Shown here piece by piece: positions 11,348 to 23,048 of a stretch of DNA of 64,000 nt. Position numbers and translations under genes: made by a program. Positions within the stretch are counted from its first letter, which is position 1. Each line of letters begins with the position of its first letter. A model generated the notes under the pieces. It ran no database searches. It was not told the DNA's origin and was given only the letters and a program-made list of their open reading frames with translations. The stretch is from Azolla caroliniana (Eukaryota > Plantae > Polypodiophyta): contig JBHGNT010000013.1 of the NCBI GenBank assembly GCA_043228905.1, positions 186,001 to 250,000 of the forward strand, given 5' to 3'.

Positions 11348-11965
11348 TGTTGAAGGCAATGCTCGGCCACAACCGAGGAATAGGATTAACTCACAGAAAA
11401 CAGGAAATACAAAATGCACGAAGTCAATGGAGAGAAGAGTACACTGGATGTTTTACGTGGAAAACCCTAAATGGGAAAAAACCACGGGAGTCCTCAAACT
11501 CCAACTATCACTACAAACAGAGTTGTACAATGGTGAAGCTACAAGGCAACAACCTTGAGCTCACTGTCTTCGCCACAGGCGGCGGTAATACACAGAGGCA
11601 ACGACCTCTTCGTCTCTCTCTCTCTCTCTCTCTTTGCTGCTCACTTAGCTCCCTCTAAGTGGAAAACCAGAAAATGAGTAACAACTTACAACAACACTAA
11701 ACAGTTTGCCCTAAGTCATATTTATACACATATGACTTTCGGGCTATTTACAAATATAGCCTCAAAGGGCTCTTGAAAACATATTCACAAATATGTCCCC
11801 GCATCCGGATCTCTATCCGGGCACATTCGTCATCCGGCTCCGTAGCCGGGGTCTTCATCATCCGGATCCGGAACCGGGTCTTCATCATCCGGCTCCGGAA
11901 CCGGGTCTTCATTCCCGATTCCCGGACATCCGACCATCCCATCCGGAGGGACCGTAATCCCAACA
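11348..11965 (-). repeat. 5' LTR of element E (618 bp)
   Basis: Nearly identical to 6583-7232; adjacent to PBS. Confidence 0.96.
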
Positions 11966-11970
11966 CATGG

Positions 11971-14900
11971 GATGTCTCGTCAATCTAATCTGCTTTTGGC
12001 ATGCGTCTAGCTTGTTGGGTGTCAACACCTTGGTCAGCATATCCGACCCGTTCTCCTCCGTGTGGATCTTCGTCAACACAAACTCTCGGTCTTCTACTCG
12101 CTCCCGAATCCAGTGGTACCTTCGCTGGATGTGCTTCGTCCTGGAATGATACGTTGTGTTCTTCGCAAGGTGGATGGCACTTTGGCTGTCGCAATAGAGC
12201 CGATATTCCTCTTGCCGGATCCCTAGCTCTTCGATGAAGTCCTTCATACATAGTATTTCCTTGCTGGATTCCACAACCACCATGTACTCCGCTTTGGTGG
12301 TTGACAACGCAACCATCTTCTGCAGCCTCGATTGCCACGAAACAGCTCCCCCCGCATATGTCATGACATATTCGGATGTTGACCGGCTGGTATCCGCATC
12401 AGCCGACATATCCGAATCTGTGAAACCGTCAAGTTGGGGTTTACTGGAGCTGAATCGGAGGCACATACTTGAGGTGCCTTTCAAGTATTAGAGTATCCAT
12501 TTTACCGCATTCCAATGCTCCTTGCTGGGATTGCTCACAAACCAGCTCACCACTCCGACTGCATATCCGATATCCGGTGGGGTACACACCATTGCGTACA
12601 TTAGGCTCCCGACGGTAGAGGCATATGGTATCTTCATCATATCCGCCTTCTCTGCCTTTGTCTTCGGGCTTTGCTTACCGGATAACCTGTAGTTTGCCGG
12701 AAGTGTCGATCCAACCGGTTTCGCATCTGGTATGTTGAACCGCTGAAGCATCTTTGTCACGTACTTCTCCTATGACAGCCACAATTGCTTCGTTGGCCGA
12801 TCCCAGATGATATGCATCCCCAACATCTGTCTTGCCGGACCCAAGTTCTTTCATTGAGAAGGTCCGGTTCAAGGCCTTCTTCAGCATCTGTATCTTGACT
12901 TGGTCTCGTCCGACGATCAACATGTCGTCCACGTACAAGAGGAGATTCAAACTTCTTCACAAATACACAGTGATCGGCCTGCGTCTTGTGGTACCCTTGA
13001 TCGGTCATGAAGGAGTCGAACTTCCGGTACCATTGTCGGGGAGCTTGCTTCAACCCGTAGAGGCTCTTTTTTAACCGGAAAACCAGGTGCTCCTTCCCTT
13101 TCTTCACAAATCCCTCCGGTTGCTGCATGTAGATCTCCTCTTCGAGGTCGCCGTGGAGGAACACCGTCTTCACATCTAACTGGTCTACCTCCAGGTCCAT
13201 ACTTGCCGTTATGCTCAGCACTATCTGGATGGAAGTCATCTTTACTATCGGGGCAAATATTTCGTCGAAGTCCACGCCCTTCTTCTGCTGGAACCCCTTC
13301 ACCATGATCCTGGCTTTGTACCTTGGAGGGTTGCCGGCATCTCCCGGTTTCAACTTGTACACCCACTTGCTTCGAAGTACCCTCTTTCCTTTCGGCAACT
13401 CCACTAATTCATACGTGTGGTTCTCATGCAGGGAATCCATCTCGTCCTGCATGGCACTCAACCACTTGTGGCTATGGGTGTCATCCTTCGCTTCTTCGAA
13501 GCTTTCCGGCTCCCCCTCATCTGTCAGCAGCACATGCTCTGAATCCAGAAATCTCCAGGGGGCCCTTCTCTCTGAGGGGATATCTCCGTCTTTGGCTTTT
13601 GGCAACCGACTCCTCTATTTGTTCTTCATCCGAATCCGATTCGGGGTCTTGGCCGGTTCCGGTTTTAGCTTCCTCTACTTCTTCTTCTGCTGGTTCGGTA
13701 TCCTCACTGTAACCGACTGGTTCCTCGAGTGTCAACCGGCTCTTAGCCGGGTGGGTCCAAATCTCATCGGAGTTCATTATCTTCTTCTTCGACTCCCAGT
13801 CAGCAAGAGTCTTGCCCTCCATGAAGATAATATCTCGACTCCGGAAAACCTTCTTGTCAACCGGATCCCACACTCGGTAGCCAAACTCATTATCGCCGTA
13901 TCCAAGGAATATGCATGGTCGGGTCTTTGGATCCAACTTTCCTCTCCAGTCCTTTGCAACATGCACATACGCGAGACACCCGAACACCTTCAAATGCCGG
14001 TAGGACACTTCCTTACCGGTCCACACCTTTTGCGGCGTGTCTCCATCCAAGGGCACTGAGGGTGATTTGTTTATCACATACGTTGCTGTTGACAACGCCT
14101 CGGCCCAAAACGTCTTGGGTAGTTTAGCATGTGCTAGCATACTTCGAACCCTCTCCATTATGGTCTGGTTCATCCTCTTAGCTAGCCCGTTTAGTTCCAG
14201 CGTCTTCGGCACAGTAAATTCAAGCCGGATTCCCTTCGAGCAGCAACACCCCTCGAACTGCCCCCGGTATTCCCCTCCGTTATCTGCTCGAACCACCTTC
14301 AGCTTCCGTCCCGTTTCCACTCTTGCGTGGAGCTCCTTGAAGATGGATAACACCTGATCCTTCGTCTTCAATGGTGTGGCCCACAACCTCCTACTGTGGT
14401 CATCTATGAACGTCACGAAGTACTGCGCTCCGGCATGGGACTTCGTGTCCACTTGACACACATCGGTGTGCACCAACTCCAATGGTGCATTACGTCTCAT
14501 CGGTGGCCTTGAATGGAAGGAGGTCCGGTTTTGTTTATCGGTTGCACCTCTCAAGATGCACGTTCTTCACCGGAATGAGATTGTCATCGGCAAGCCTCTT
14601 CATCCCCTTCACGCTCATGTGACACAATCTCTTGTGCCACAGCTCACCGACAGTGTCGGAAGCCACGTTCACTTCTTTCGGGCATAACCAGGCATTCATC
14701 AGGTACAACGTATTGACCTTCCGGGCACGAACCACTATCAGGCTCCCTTTGCTGAATTTCATCACTCCATTTTGGATGCTACCCATGTAGCCTTCATCAT
14801 CTAGCCGATCGGCTGATATCAGGTTCAGTCGAACCTCCAGAACGTGTCGGACATCCTTCAGCGGAAGCTTGGATCCGGTTGGTGTTGTCAACCACACGAC

Positions 14901-15944
14901 TCCTATGCCGACAATTCGGCATGTACCTTCATTCCCCATCCGGACATAGCCGTGATCACCGGATGTGTAGGATGAGAAGTATTTCCGGTCTGGGGTAAGG
15001 TGGAACAACGCTCCGGAATCAACAACCCACGTTGTCTCGTCGCCGTCAAGGTTCAACTCACTCTCCTCGGTGATGAGCATCAACTCTTCTTCACTTGCCG
15101 TGATTGCCGTCATTCCTTTCCGGTCCGGTCCCCTCCGGTCTTTACCGTTCCGGTCCGGTGTCTGCTTCGAATCAGTACCGTCGGTTTACTTGTCTCTTCG
15201 GAAGTGCCGACAGTTCTTCTGGAAGTGTCCCAGCTTGCCGCAATAGAAGCCAGTAGGCCTCCCCCTTGAGTTTGACCGTGTCCCCGACTTTTCCTGATTT
15301 TGGGAACTATGGTTCCTTTGTCTTCCACGTTCTGATTCGGTAAGGAGCGCTTTGGAGTCGGAGCTCGTATCCTTTTCTTTCCGACGCGCCTCCTCATCTA
15401 GCAAGCTCGACTTCACTCTTGCTAGGGATAACCGTTTCCCTTCCGGCCCGGTGTTGCCCAAAGTAACAACCAACGTCTCCCAGCTATCTGGGAGGGAACC
15501 GAGCAAGAGTACTGCTAGTACCTCATCGGCGAGACGTACTTCCAATGATGTTGCCTGGTGGATCAGCCCCTAGAAGGCATTCATGTGCTCCACCATGCTG
15601 GAGCCATCTTGGTACCGGAGTCTTACTAGCTTCCGAAATACCGAAACCTGATTAAGAACATTTTTGTTCTAAAACATAATGCCGATCTTCTCCCAGAGCT
15701 CATGAGCCTTGCTCTCTTCATTGAAGTTATTGTATAGACTCATGTCGATGAAGCATCGTATGTACGCCGTTGTCTTCATGTGCATCACCTCCGACATCAT
15801 GGCATTGATTTTGTCCGGTCTCTTGTCCCCGAACTGAACCGGCAACCAAAGATCTTTAACCATGAGCATGTCCCTCATCTTTGACTTCCACACTGAGTAG
15901 TTAGAGCCGGTGATCTTGAACATGCTTCCCAACGAATCATCCAT
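11971..15944 (-). pseudogene. Frameshifted copia gag-pol of element D
   Basis: ORF fragments 11909-12484 (RNase H), 12757-13605 (RT), 13517-14554 (integrase), 14535-15113 (protease), 15186-15545 and 15669-15944 (gag). Confidence 0.93.
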
Positions 15945-18900
15945 TTTTCCTGTGTCGTTTCGCTCTGATACCAGTTTGTCAAGAAATGTGCGGAATAATC
16001 TCCAGCCACAACCGAAGCGTAGATCACTTGTTGACAATCGAACACAGAAGAAATGGGAATGGAGGTAGGTACACGAGCATATAGAGAATACACAAGATGT
16101 TAACGTGGAAAACCCCCCCGAGAGGGAAAAACCACGGGAGTCCACAGACTCCAAACTATCACTATGCCAATGAGTACAATAGGGAGCACAGAGGCAACAA
16201 CCTCCTACTCACGATCTTCGCCTGACGGCGGTTACAACAGAGACATGCTCTGTATCACTCTCTCTCTCTCTCTTTGTCTCTCTATGTACAATCGTTACAC
16301 CTGATCACACTATATGAAGATAATAACAACTATCAGGAATAAAAATCCTTAACACTGTTTGCCCTAGGTCACATTTATACTAATATGACATTAGAACTAT
16401 TTACAGATATAGCCCCAATGGGCTCTCAGAAACATATCTACATATATGTCCCTTCATCCGGCGAGAGGTTCTCACCGGGCTTGCGACATTCGGTTCTCAC
16501 CGGGTCTTCCTTGCCGGGTACTCGTCATCCGGTTCTCACCGGTTCTCCATCATCCGTTGCCGGGTACTCCACATCCGGTTCTCACCGGGTCTACATCATC
16601 CGTTGCTGGGTACTCCACATCCAGTTCTCACCGGGTCTGCATCATCCGGAGGGACCGAGATCCTAACAAAGGGCACATTGTCGAATTTCTTCACAAACAC
16701 ACAGTGATCAGCCTGCGTTTTGTGGTACCTATTGTTGGTCATGAAGGATTCAAAATTTTGGTACCATTGTCAAGGACCTTGCTTCAACCCGTACAAGCTC
16801 TTCCTCAATCGGCATACCAAGCTTTCTTTACAAGCTCTTCCTCTTCAAGATCGCCGTGCAAGAACACCGTCTTGACATCCAATTGCTCTACTTCGAGATC
16901 CATGCTGGCCACTATGCTCAACACTATTCAGATTGATGTCATTTTGATCACCGAGACAAATATCTCGTCGAAATCCACACCCTTCTTATGTTGAAAGCCT
17001 TTTACGACGATTCGGGCTTTGTATCTTGGTGGATTTCTACCATCTCCCAGCTTTAGTTTGTATACCAACTTATTTTGTAGTGCTGTCTTCCCTTTCAATA
17101 GCTGGGTCAGTTCGTATGTGTGGTTCTCATGCAAAGAATCCATCTCTTCTTACATGGCACTTAACCACTTTCGGCTGTGGAAATCGTGCTTAGCTTCTTC
17201 AATGCTTTCTAACTCCCCTCATCAGTTAGCAGCACACGCTCTTCATCCAAAAATCTCCAGGGGGGCCTTCTCTCTCTTAGGGGGATATCTTCAGCCTCTA
17301 TTCAGCACGATCGGTTCTTCTTCTACTTCCTCGGCCGAATCAGACTAGGTTCCTCGTTCAACTGGTTCTCTTGTTCTTCAGTTGGTTCTCAATTTTTTCG
17401 AGTGTTAAATCGGTCAATTGGCTCAGATTCGAGTTCGATCGAATCGATTTCCTCTCGATTCGGTCGAGCATTGACTCGGCTCAATTCAGTAATTGGAGAT
17501 TTATTCTCGATCTCCCAATCAACTATCATCTTCTCTTCCATGAAGACGATGTCTTAGCTCCATATCACTTTCTTCTCGCCTAAGTCCCATAGTCGATAAC
17601 CAAATTCTTCATAGCCATAGCCGAGAAATATGCATGGCCGAGTTTTTGGGTCTAATTTTCCCCTTTGGTCTTTTGCCACATGCACATAGGCAAGACAACC
17701 AAACACCCTCAGATATCTGTACGAAACATCTTTGCCGCCCCACACCCTTTGTGAAATATCACTGTCTAGAGGTATTGAGGGTGATCGATTGATCACATAC
17801 GCTGGTGTCATCAACGCCTCAGCCCATAACATCTTTGGTAACTTTACATGTGTAAGCATACTTCGAACCCTCTGCATTACGGACCAATTCATTCTCTCGG
17901 CCAACCGATTAAGCTCTAGCTTCTTCAACATGGTATACTCGAGCCGGATTCCTTGCACTCGGCAATATTCTTCGAACGGTCCACGGTACTCTCTGCCATT
18001 ATCTGCTTAGACTGCCTTCAGTTTTTGGCTGGTTTCCCACTCGGCCCTTGCTTGGAATTCTTTGAAGACGAATAACACTTGATCCTTCATCTTCAGCACG
18101 GAAGCCCACAACTGACGGCTATAGTCATCAATGAAGGTCACAAAATACTGTGACCTAGCGTGAAACTTCGTGGTCACATAGCATACATCGGTATGTACGA
18201 ATTCCAATGGCATTTTCTTTCTCATCGGGGGCGTTGTTCGGAATGAGGTTTGATTCTGCTTTCCGGCCAAGCAATCAATGCACTTCTCAAGTTGCACATT
18301 TTTCACCTCCGGAATGAGGTTATCCTTGGTAGGCTTCCACATTCCTCTCTGGCTCATATGGCACAACTTCTTGTGCCACAGTTCACTGACAATATTGGCT
18401 ACGACATTTGCTTCCCCCCGGCATATTAGAGCATACATCAAATATAGTGTGTTGGACTTTTGAGCTCGAGCCACAATTAGGTTCCCTCAAGAGAACTTCA
18501 TGACGTCATTCTGGATGCTAGCCATTTAGCCTTCATCATCCAGTCGACTGGCTGATATCAGGTTCAATCGAACCTCTGGAACGTGTCGTACATCTCTCAA
18601 CATGAGTCTGCAACCTCAACTGGACCCAGTTGAGGTTTCCAAACACACATCTCATATACTAACAATTCGACATGCTCCTTCATTTCACATCTTTACAGAT
18701 TCGAGATCTCCAACTCTGTAGGATGAGAAGCACTTTTGGTCGTGGATTAGGTAAAATGACACACCCGAATCGACCACCCATGTTGATTCTTCTTCGGTGA
18801 GATTTACTTCGTTTTGGTCACTGATGAGCAACAACTCCTCATCACTTGTGGCAATTACTAAGGTGTTCTTCCTATCCGGAATTTTCTTCAACTATACACC

Positions 18901-19569
18901 ATCAACTCCCCCTTTCTCTTTTCGAAAGTGTCGGTAGTTCTTTTGGAAATGTCGTGGCTTCCCGCAATAGAAGCACGTGGGCCTCCCCCTCGACTTCAAC
19001 CTGGTCCCCGACTTATCTCGGTTCTGGGGACTTTGATTTCGGCCTCTTCCCTAAATTGTGTCACCTTCCGTGACTAAGGCTTTCTGGTCGGTATTGAACT
19101 CTCGGTCCCTCCGATGAGCTTCTTCATTCAGCAAGCTCGACTTCACTTGCTCTAGGGATTGATGCTTCCTTTCTGGCCCAACATTGCCCAATGTGACAAG
19201 GAGCGTCTCCCAGCTATTCGGAAGAGATCCCAACAACAATAATGCTAATACCTCGTCGGCTAGAGGTACTTTTAGAGAGGTAGTTTGGTTCACCAATCCT
19301 TGGAAGGCATTGATGTGCTCTGCCATATTGGAGCCATCCTGATACCAGAGCCTCACGATTTTTTTGAAATATTGAGACTCAGTTCATGACGTTCTTGTTT
19401 TTGAACATGACATCGATCTTCCATAGGATGTCTGCTTCTGTTTCTTCACCGAAGTTGTTGTATAGAATAATCTCTATAAAACACCTTATATATGCGGCCG
19501 CCTTCAGATGCAACACTTCCCAAGTCGTTGCATTGATCTTGTCTGGCCTTTTATATCCGAACTGCACCG

Positions 19570-22388
19570 AACACGTTCGCGTTCACAAATGGAAGGATCA
19601 CGCATTCCATTTATAGATTCCTTTTATAATATTGTGATTTTAGACAATTTTCAAAAACTTGGGACACCAGTATCACATGTTTTAAATAGCATGTAAAATT
19701 TGCTAATTTTTTGAGATTTAACAAGTTTCAAAATGATAATTTCTAAAATTAAATAGTTTTTCAGTAAATGTTTAAATGTTGATGGTTTGCATATATGAGA
19801 TGTAGTTAACTTAAAGAAAATCACAATGGTTAACTCAAGGCACAAGTTAAGATTAATGGTTTCACCATCTTGATGAGATTAAGATTACATCTTTTGTTAG
19901 ACATCAAAATGTTTTAAGTATAAGAGGTAACATTGCAATCCTTAATATCATCATTTATAAATTTTGTGCTCATTAACATCCATAAACTCACAACTCAAGA
20001 ACTGTAGTCAATATTCATAAACACTTTTGATAAATCCACAACTCCTAAAATGTAGATGATATATTCATAAACTGTCAAAACTGTCAAACTTTAGATGTGA
20101 ACATTAATATATCAATTTGAACATATCACATAGTTATCAGGGTATCTACAATGTTATCCTCTTCTTCCTTTTGAGAATTCCCCTACAAAATTTGTGAAGT
20201 AAATGCCATTTGCGAAGTTCAATTACCATCAATACAATTATTAATGGTTTTTTGCTAATCAATGAAGCACATGTTCACCATAAGGTATCTTGTCGTGCAA
20301 CATACATCTTTGTAGTATTGATATGCATCTTTTTTCTCTTGTCAAAACATAGATTTTAGTATAATTTGAGTTCATGTTTAAAAAACCTCTTTTATTTGAA
20401 AAACAAGAAGATTTTTAAACATGAACTCGATATGTTGTATCAAGTTGATGTAAAAAACAAAGTTTTGATCATAATTTCATACAATGTATTGAATTCATGT
20501 TCAAGGATTTTTTTACCGGATTTAAAAAAAATTAATAATAATAAGTTGAGCTTGAGTTCATATAAAAACCAGATTTTTCATCACAATTCAATACAATATA
20601 TCGAGTTCATGTTTGAAGTATATTTTTCTAATTTTGTTTCTAATTTTTTTTATGGAAAAAAAATAATTTTAAACATGAATTTGATACATTGTATCGACTT
20701 ATGATGAAAACTCTGGTTTTTTCATCATTTATTAAAATTTCAAAAAGAAAACCAAAAAATCAAAATAAATAGAAAAAAAAAGTAATTTTGAACTATATAT
20801 TGAAAAGTCGACTTTTCTACATGAACTCGATACTTTGTGTTGAAAAATTGAGTTTTTTCAACACGAACTCGATACATTGTATCGAGTTCATGTTTAAAGC
20901 TTTTTTGGGGGGGTTTTTAAAGAAAATTTCTTATTTTTCTATTTATTTTGGTTTTTTTTTGAGCTTTAATAAATGATGAAAAAACCTGATTTTTCATCAC
21001 AAGTTGATACAATGTATCGAATTCATGTTTAAAATGATTTGTTTTCCTTAAAAAAAATTGTAAAAAATAAAAACAAATTAAAAAAAATTAGAAAAAATTA
21101 CTTTAAACATGAACTCGATACATTGTATCGAATTGTGATGAAAATTTTGGTTTTTATGTGAACTCAAGCTCAACTTATTATTATTATTATTATTATTTTA
21201 AATCCGGTAAAAAAAACTTTAAACATGAATTCAATACATTGTATGGAATTATGATCAAAACTCTGTTTTTTACATCAACTCGATACAACATATGGAGTTC
21301 ATGTTTAAAAATCTTCTTGTTTTTCAAATAAAAGGTTTTTTTAACATGAACTTGAATCGTACTAAAATCTTTGTTTTTAGAAAAGAAGTATGTTGCATAA
21401 CAATATACCTTATGGTGAACATGTGCATCATTGATTAACAAAAAGCCATTAATAATAGTGTTGACGGTAATTGAACCTTGCAAATGTCATTTACATTGTC
21501 TATAAAGTATTCTCGTGTTTCTTAATCACCACCTCAAGCATTGAATGTTGATCTTCATAGTTTGGTTCATCTACAATAGAGAAACATTTATGTGGAACAA
21601 AGGATGACAACACGAGCATAACTCAGGTGACAAGGAAACTTGTAAGAACTCAAGGTGGGGATATTAATAACTACACATGTAGATGGCCATGAGGTAGGGT
21701 ACCAATTTTGCATTGGTAAAGTTTTGGATGTGATGATGTGTTAAACCTTTGTAATACATCTATCATTGACATTAGTTAGGTAGACATCATTGTGTATGAC
21801 TTTACATTGACAAAAGTTGGATGTTTAAGGACAACAACGATATACATAATAAAAGAGATATTACCAAGTCTAGAAGATATCTCAGATTGAAGGTGAAGAA
21901 GATTTACTGCACACAATTTGGAGACACCATTTGGTGAAGACAATGATTTGATTGGTACATTTGAAAATGAGGAGGAAGAGTCACAATTGTATATTATCTA
22001 TAGTAGTGATTCTCATGAAAAGAATGATGATATTAATGCAAATAACTCCCAAATGTATTTGTTGTGCAACTATGTGTAACAAATTTAGACAACATTTATC
22101 GAATGAAATAAAAACGTTCATTGTTTTCAAATCCTTTGCTTTTCATTTCTTTAAGATGTAAAAACTTATTAGTTGTCATTTTTCTTTAAAAATACACAAA
22201 GTTACTTTTCATATTTGACCAAAATTTGGCATTTTTCAATTTTACCAAATGGTGAAATTTTGAACTTTTTCATCAAGTTTTAGAGAACATGTGATACCAG
22301 TATCAAGGTGTTTTGTGAAATGGCAAAAAAAAAACCCAAAATCAAACGGAATGTTCCTTATCCTTCCACTTGTGAATGCGAACGTCTT
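19570..22388. mobile_element. TIR DNA transposon 1 (non-autonomous or decayed) with 4-bp TSD
   Basis: TIRs 19570-19598 and 22360-22388 (26/29 match: aacacgttcgcgttcacaaatggaaggat), with further subterminal inverted similarity; TSD ACCG at 19566-19569 and 22389-22392; removing it restores gag DIWLPVQFG of element F. Confidence 0.88.
20199..21494. repeat. Large imperfect inverted repeat (~630-bp arms) built from short palindromic units
   Basis: gtaaatgccatttgcgaagttcaattacc (20199) is the reverse complement of ggtaattgaaccttgcaaatgtcatttac (ending 21494); about ten copies of catgaactcgatacaNtgtatcgagttcatg. Confidence 0.9.
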
Positions 22389-23048
22389 ACCGGTAGCCAG
22401 ATGTCTTTGGACACAAGCATGTCTCTCATCTTTGACTTCCACACTGAGTAGTTGGAGCTGGTTAACTTGAACATGCTGCTGAATGAGTCTTCCATCGCTT
22501 TGATACCAATTTGTTGAGAATTGTGACCGGCCACAACTAGTTGTTCGTCCGTATGTTCGGGTGCAAACAGTTGACAATGATAGTACACAGACAAAAAACG
22601 AAAAAAAACACAGAGACACCGATATTTTACATGGAAAACCCAAAATGGGAAAAACCACGGGGGTCCACAAACCTTGAGAAACAAAATCACTATGATGGAG
22701 GTGAAGTACAATGAGAAACTCGGAGGCAAACGACCTCGAGTTTTCCTTCGTCTGACAGATGGCTACAAAGATACACTCTCACTCACAGTTATAGAGGCAA
22801 CTACCACATTCTAACTATCTCACAATAATGATACATACCTTACTAAGGTTTGCCCTAGTTGTATATATACTTATACAACTTTATGGCTATTTTCATACAT
22901 AACCCACATGGGGCACATTTCGACTATTTACAAATATAGTCTCCCGAGTTGGCTGTATCCACAATTTCAGTTTCGGTCGAGGCCGATAGGCCAAGTTACT
23001 CATCAACTCGGCTCTTCTCTTCCCATATGGAGGGACCTATTCCCAACA

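Larger units (their letters stand above)
6583..11965 (-). mobile_element. Full-length Ty1/copia element E
   Basis: TSD CATGG at 6578-6582 and 11966-11970; LTRs 6583-7232 and 11348-11965; PBS (rc) 11333-11344; PPT (rc) from 7233; single long ORF. Confidence 0.98.
5836..16668 (-). mobile_element. Ty1/copia element D (recombinant), degenerate gag-pol, host of element E
   Basis: LTRs 5836-6558 and 15977-16668; PPT (rc) 6559-6570; PBS (rc) 15962-15973; frameshifted gag-pol 11971-15944; no TSD (gttac vs aaggg). Confidence 0.88.
16669..23048 (-). mobile_element. Ty1/copia element F: degenerate, 3' end lost, gag interrupted by a TIR element
   Basis: RT, integrase, protease and gag fragments 16669-19569; gag start MEDSFSSMFKLTSSNYSVWKSKMRDML at 22393-22495; PBS (rc) 22497-22508; 5' LTR 22512-23048 tgttgag..cccaaca. 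Confidence 0.9.

Noticed and set aside
11317-11370. Upstream start of the 1375-aa ORF in the supplied track
   Set aside because: It begins at a non-ATG codon inside the LTR and crosses the PBS; the first ATG after the PBS (11316) is the likely start.
20366-21483. AT-rich ORFs in the foldback region (and at 45879-46686) as genes
   Set aside because: Low-complexity translations of A/T runs and palindromic units with no domain signal.
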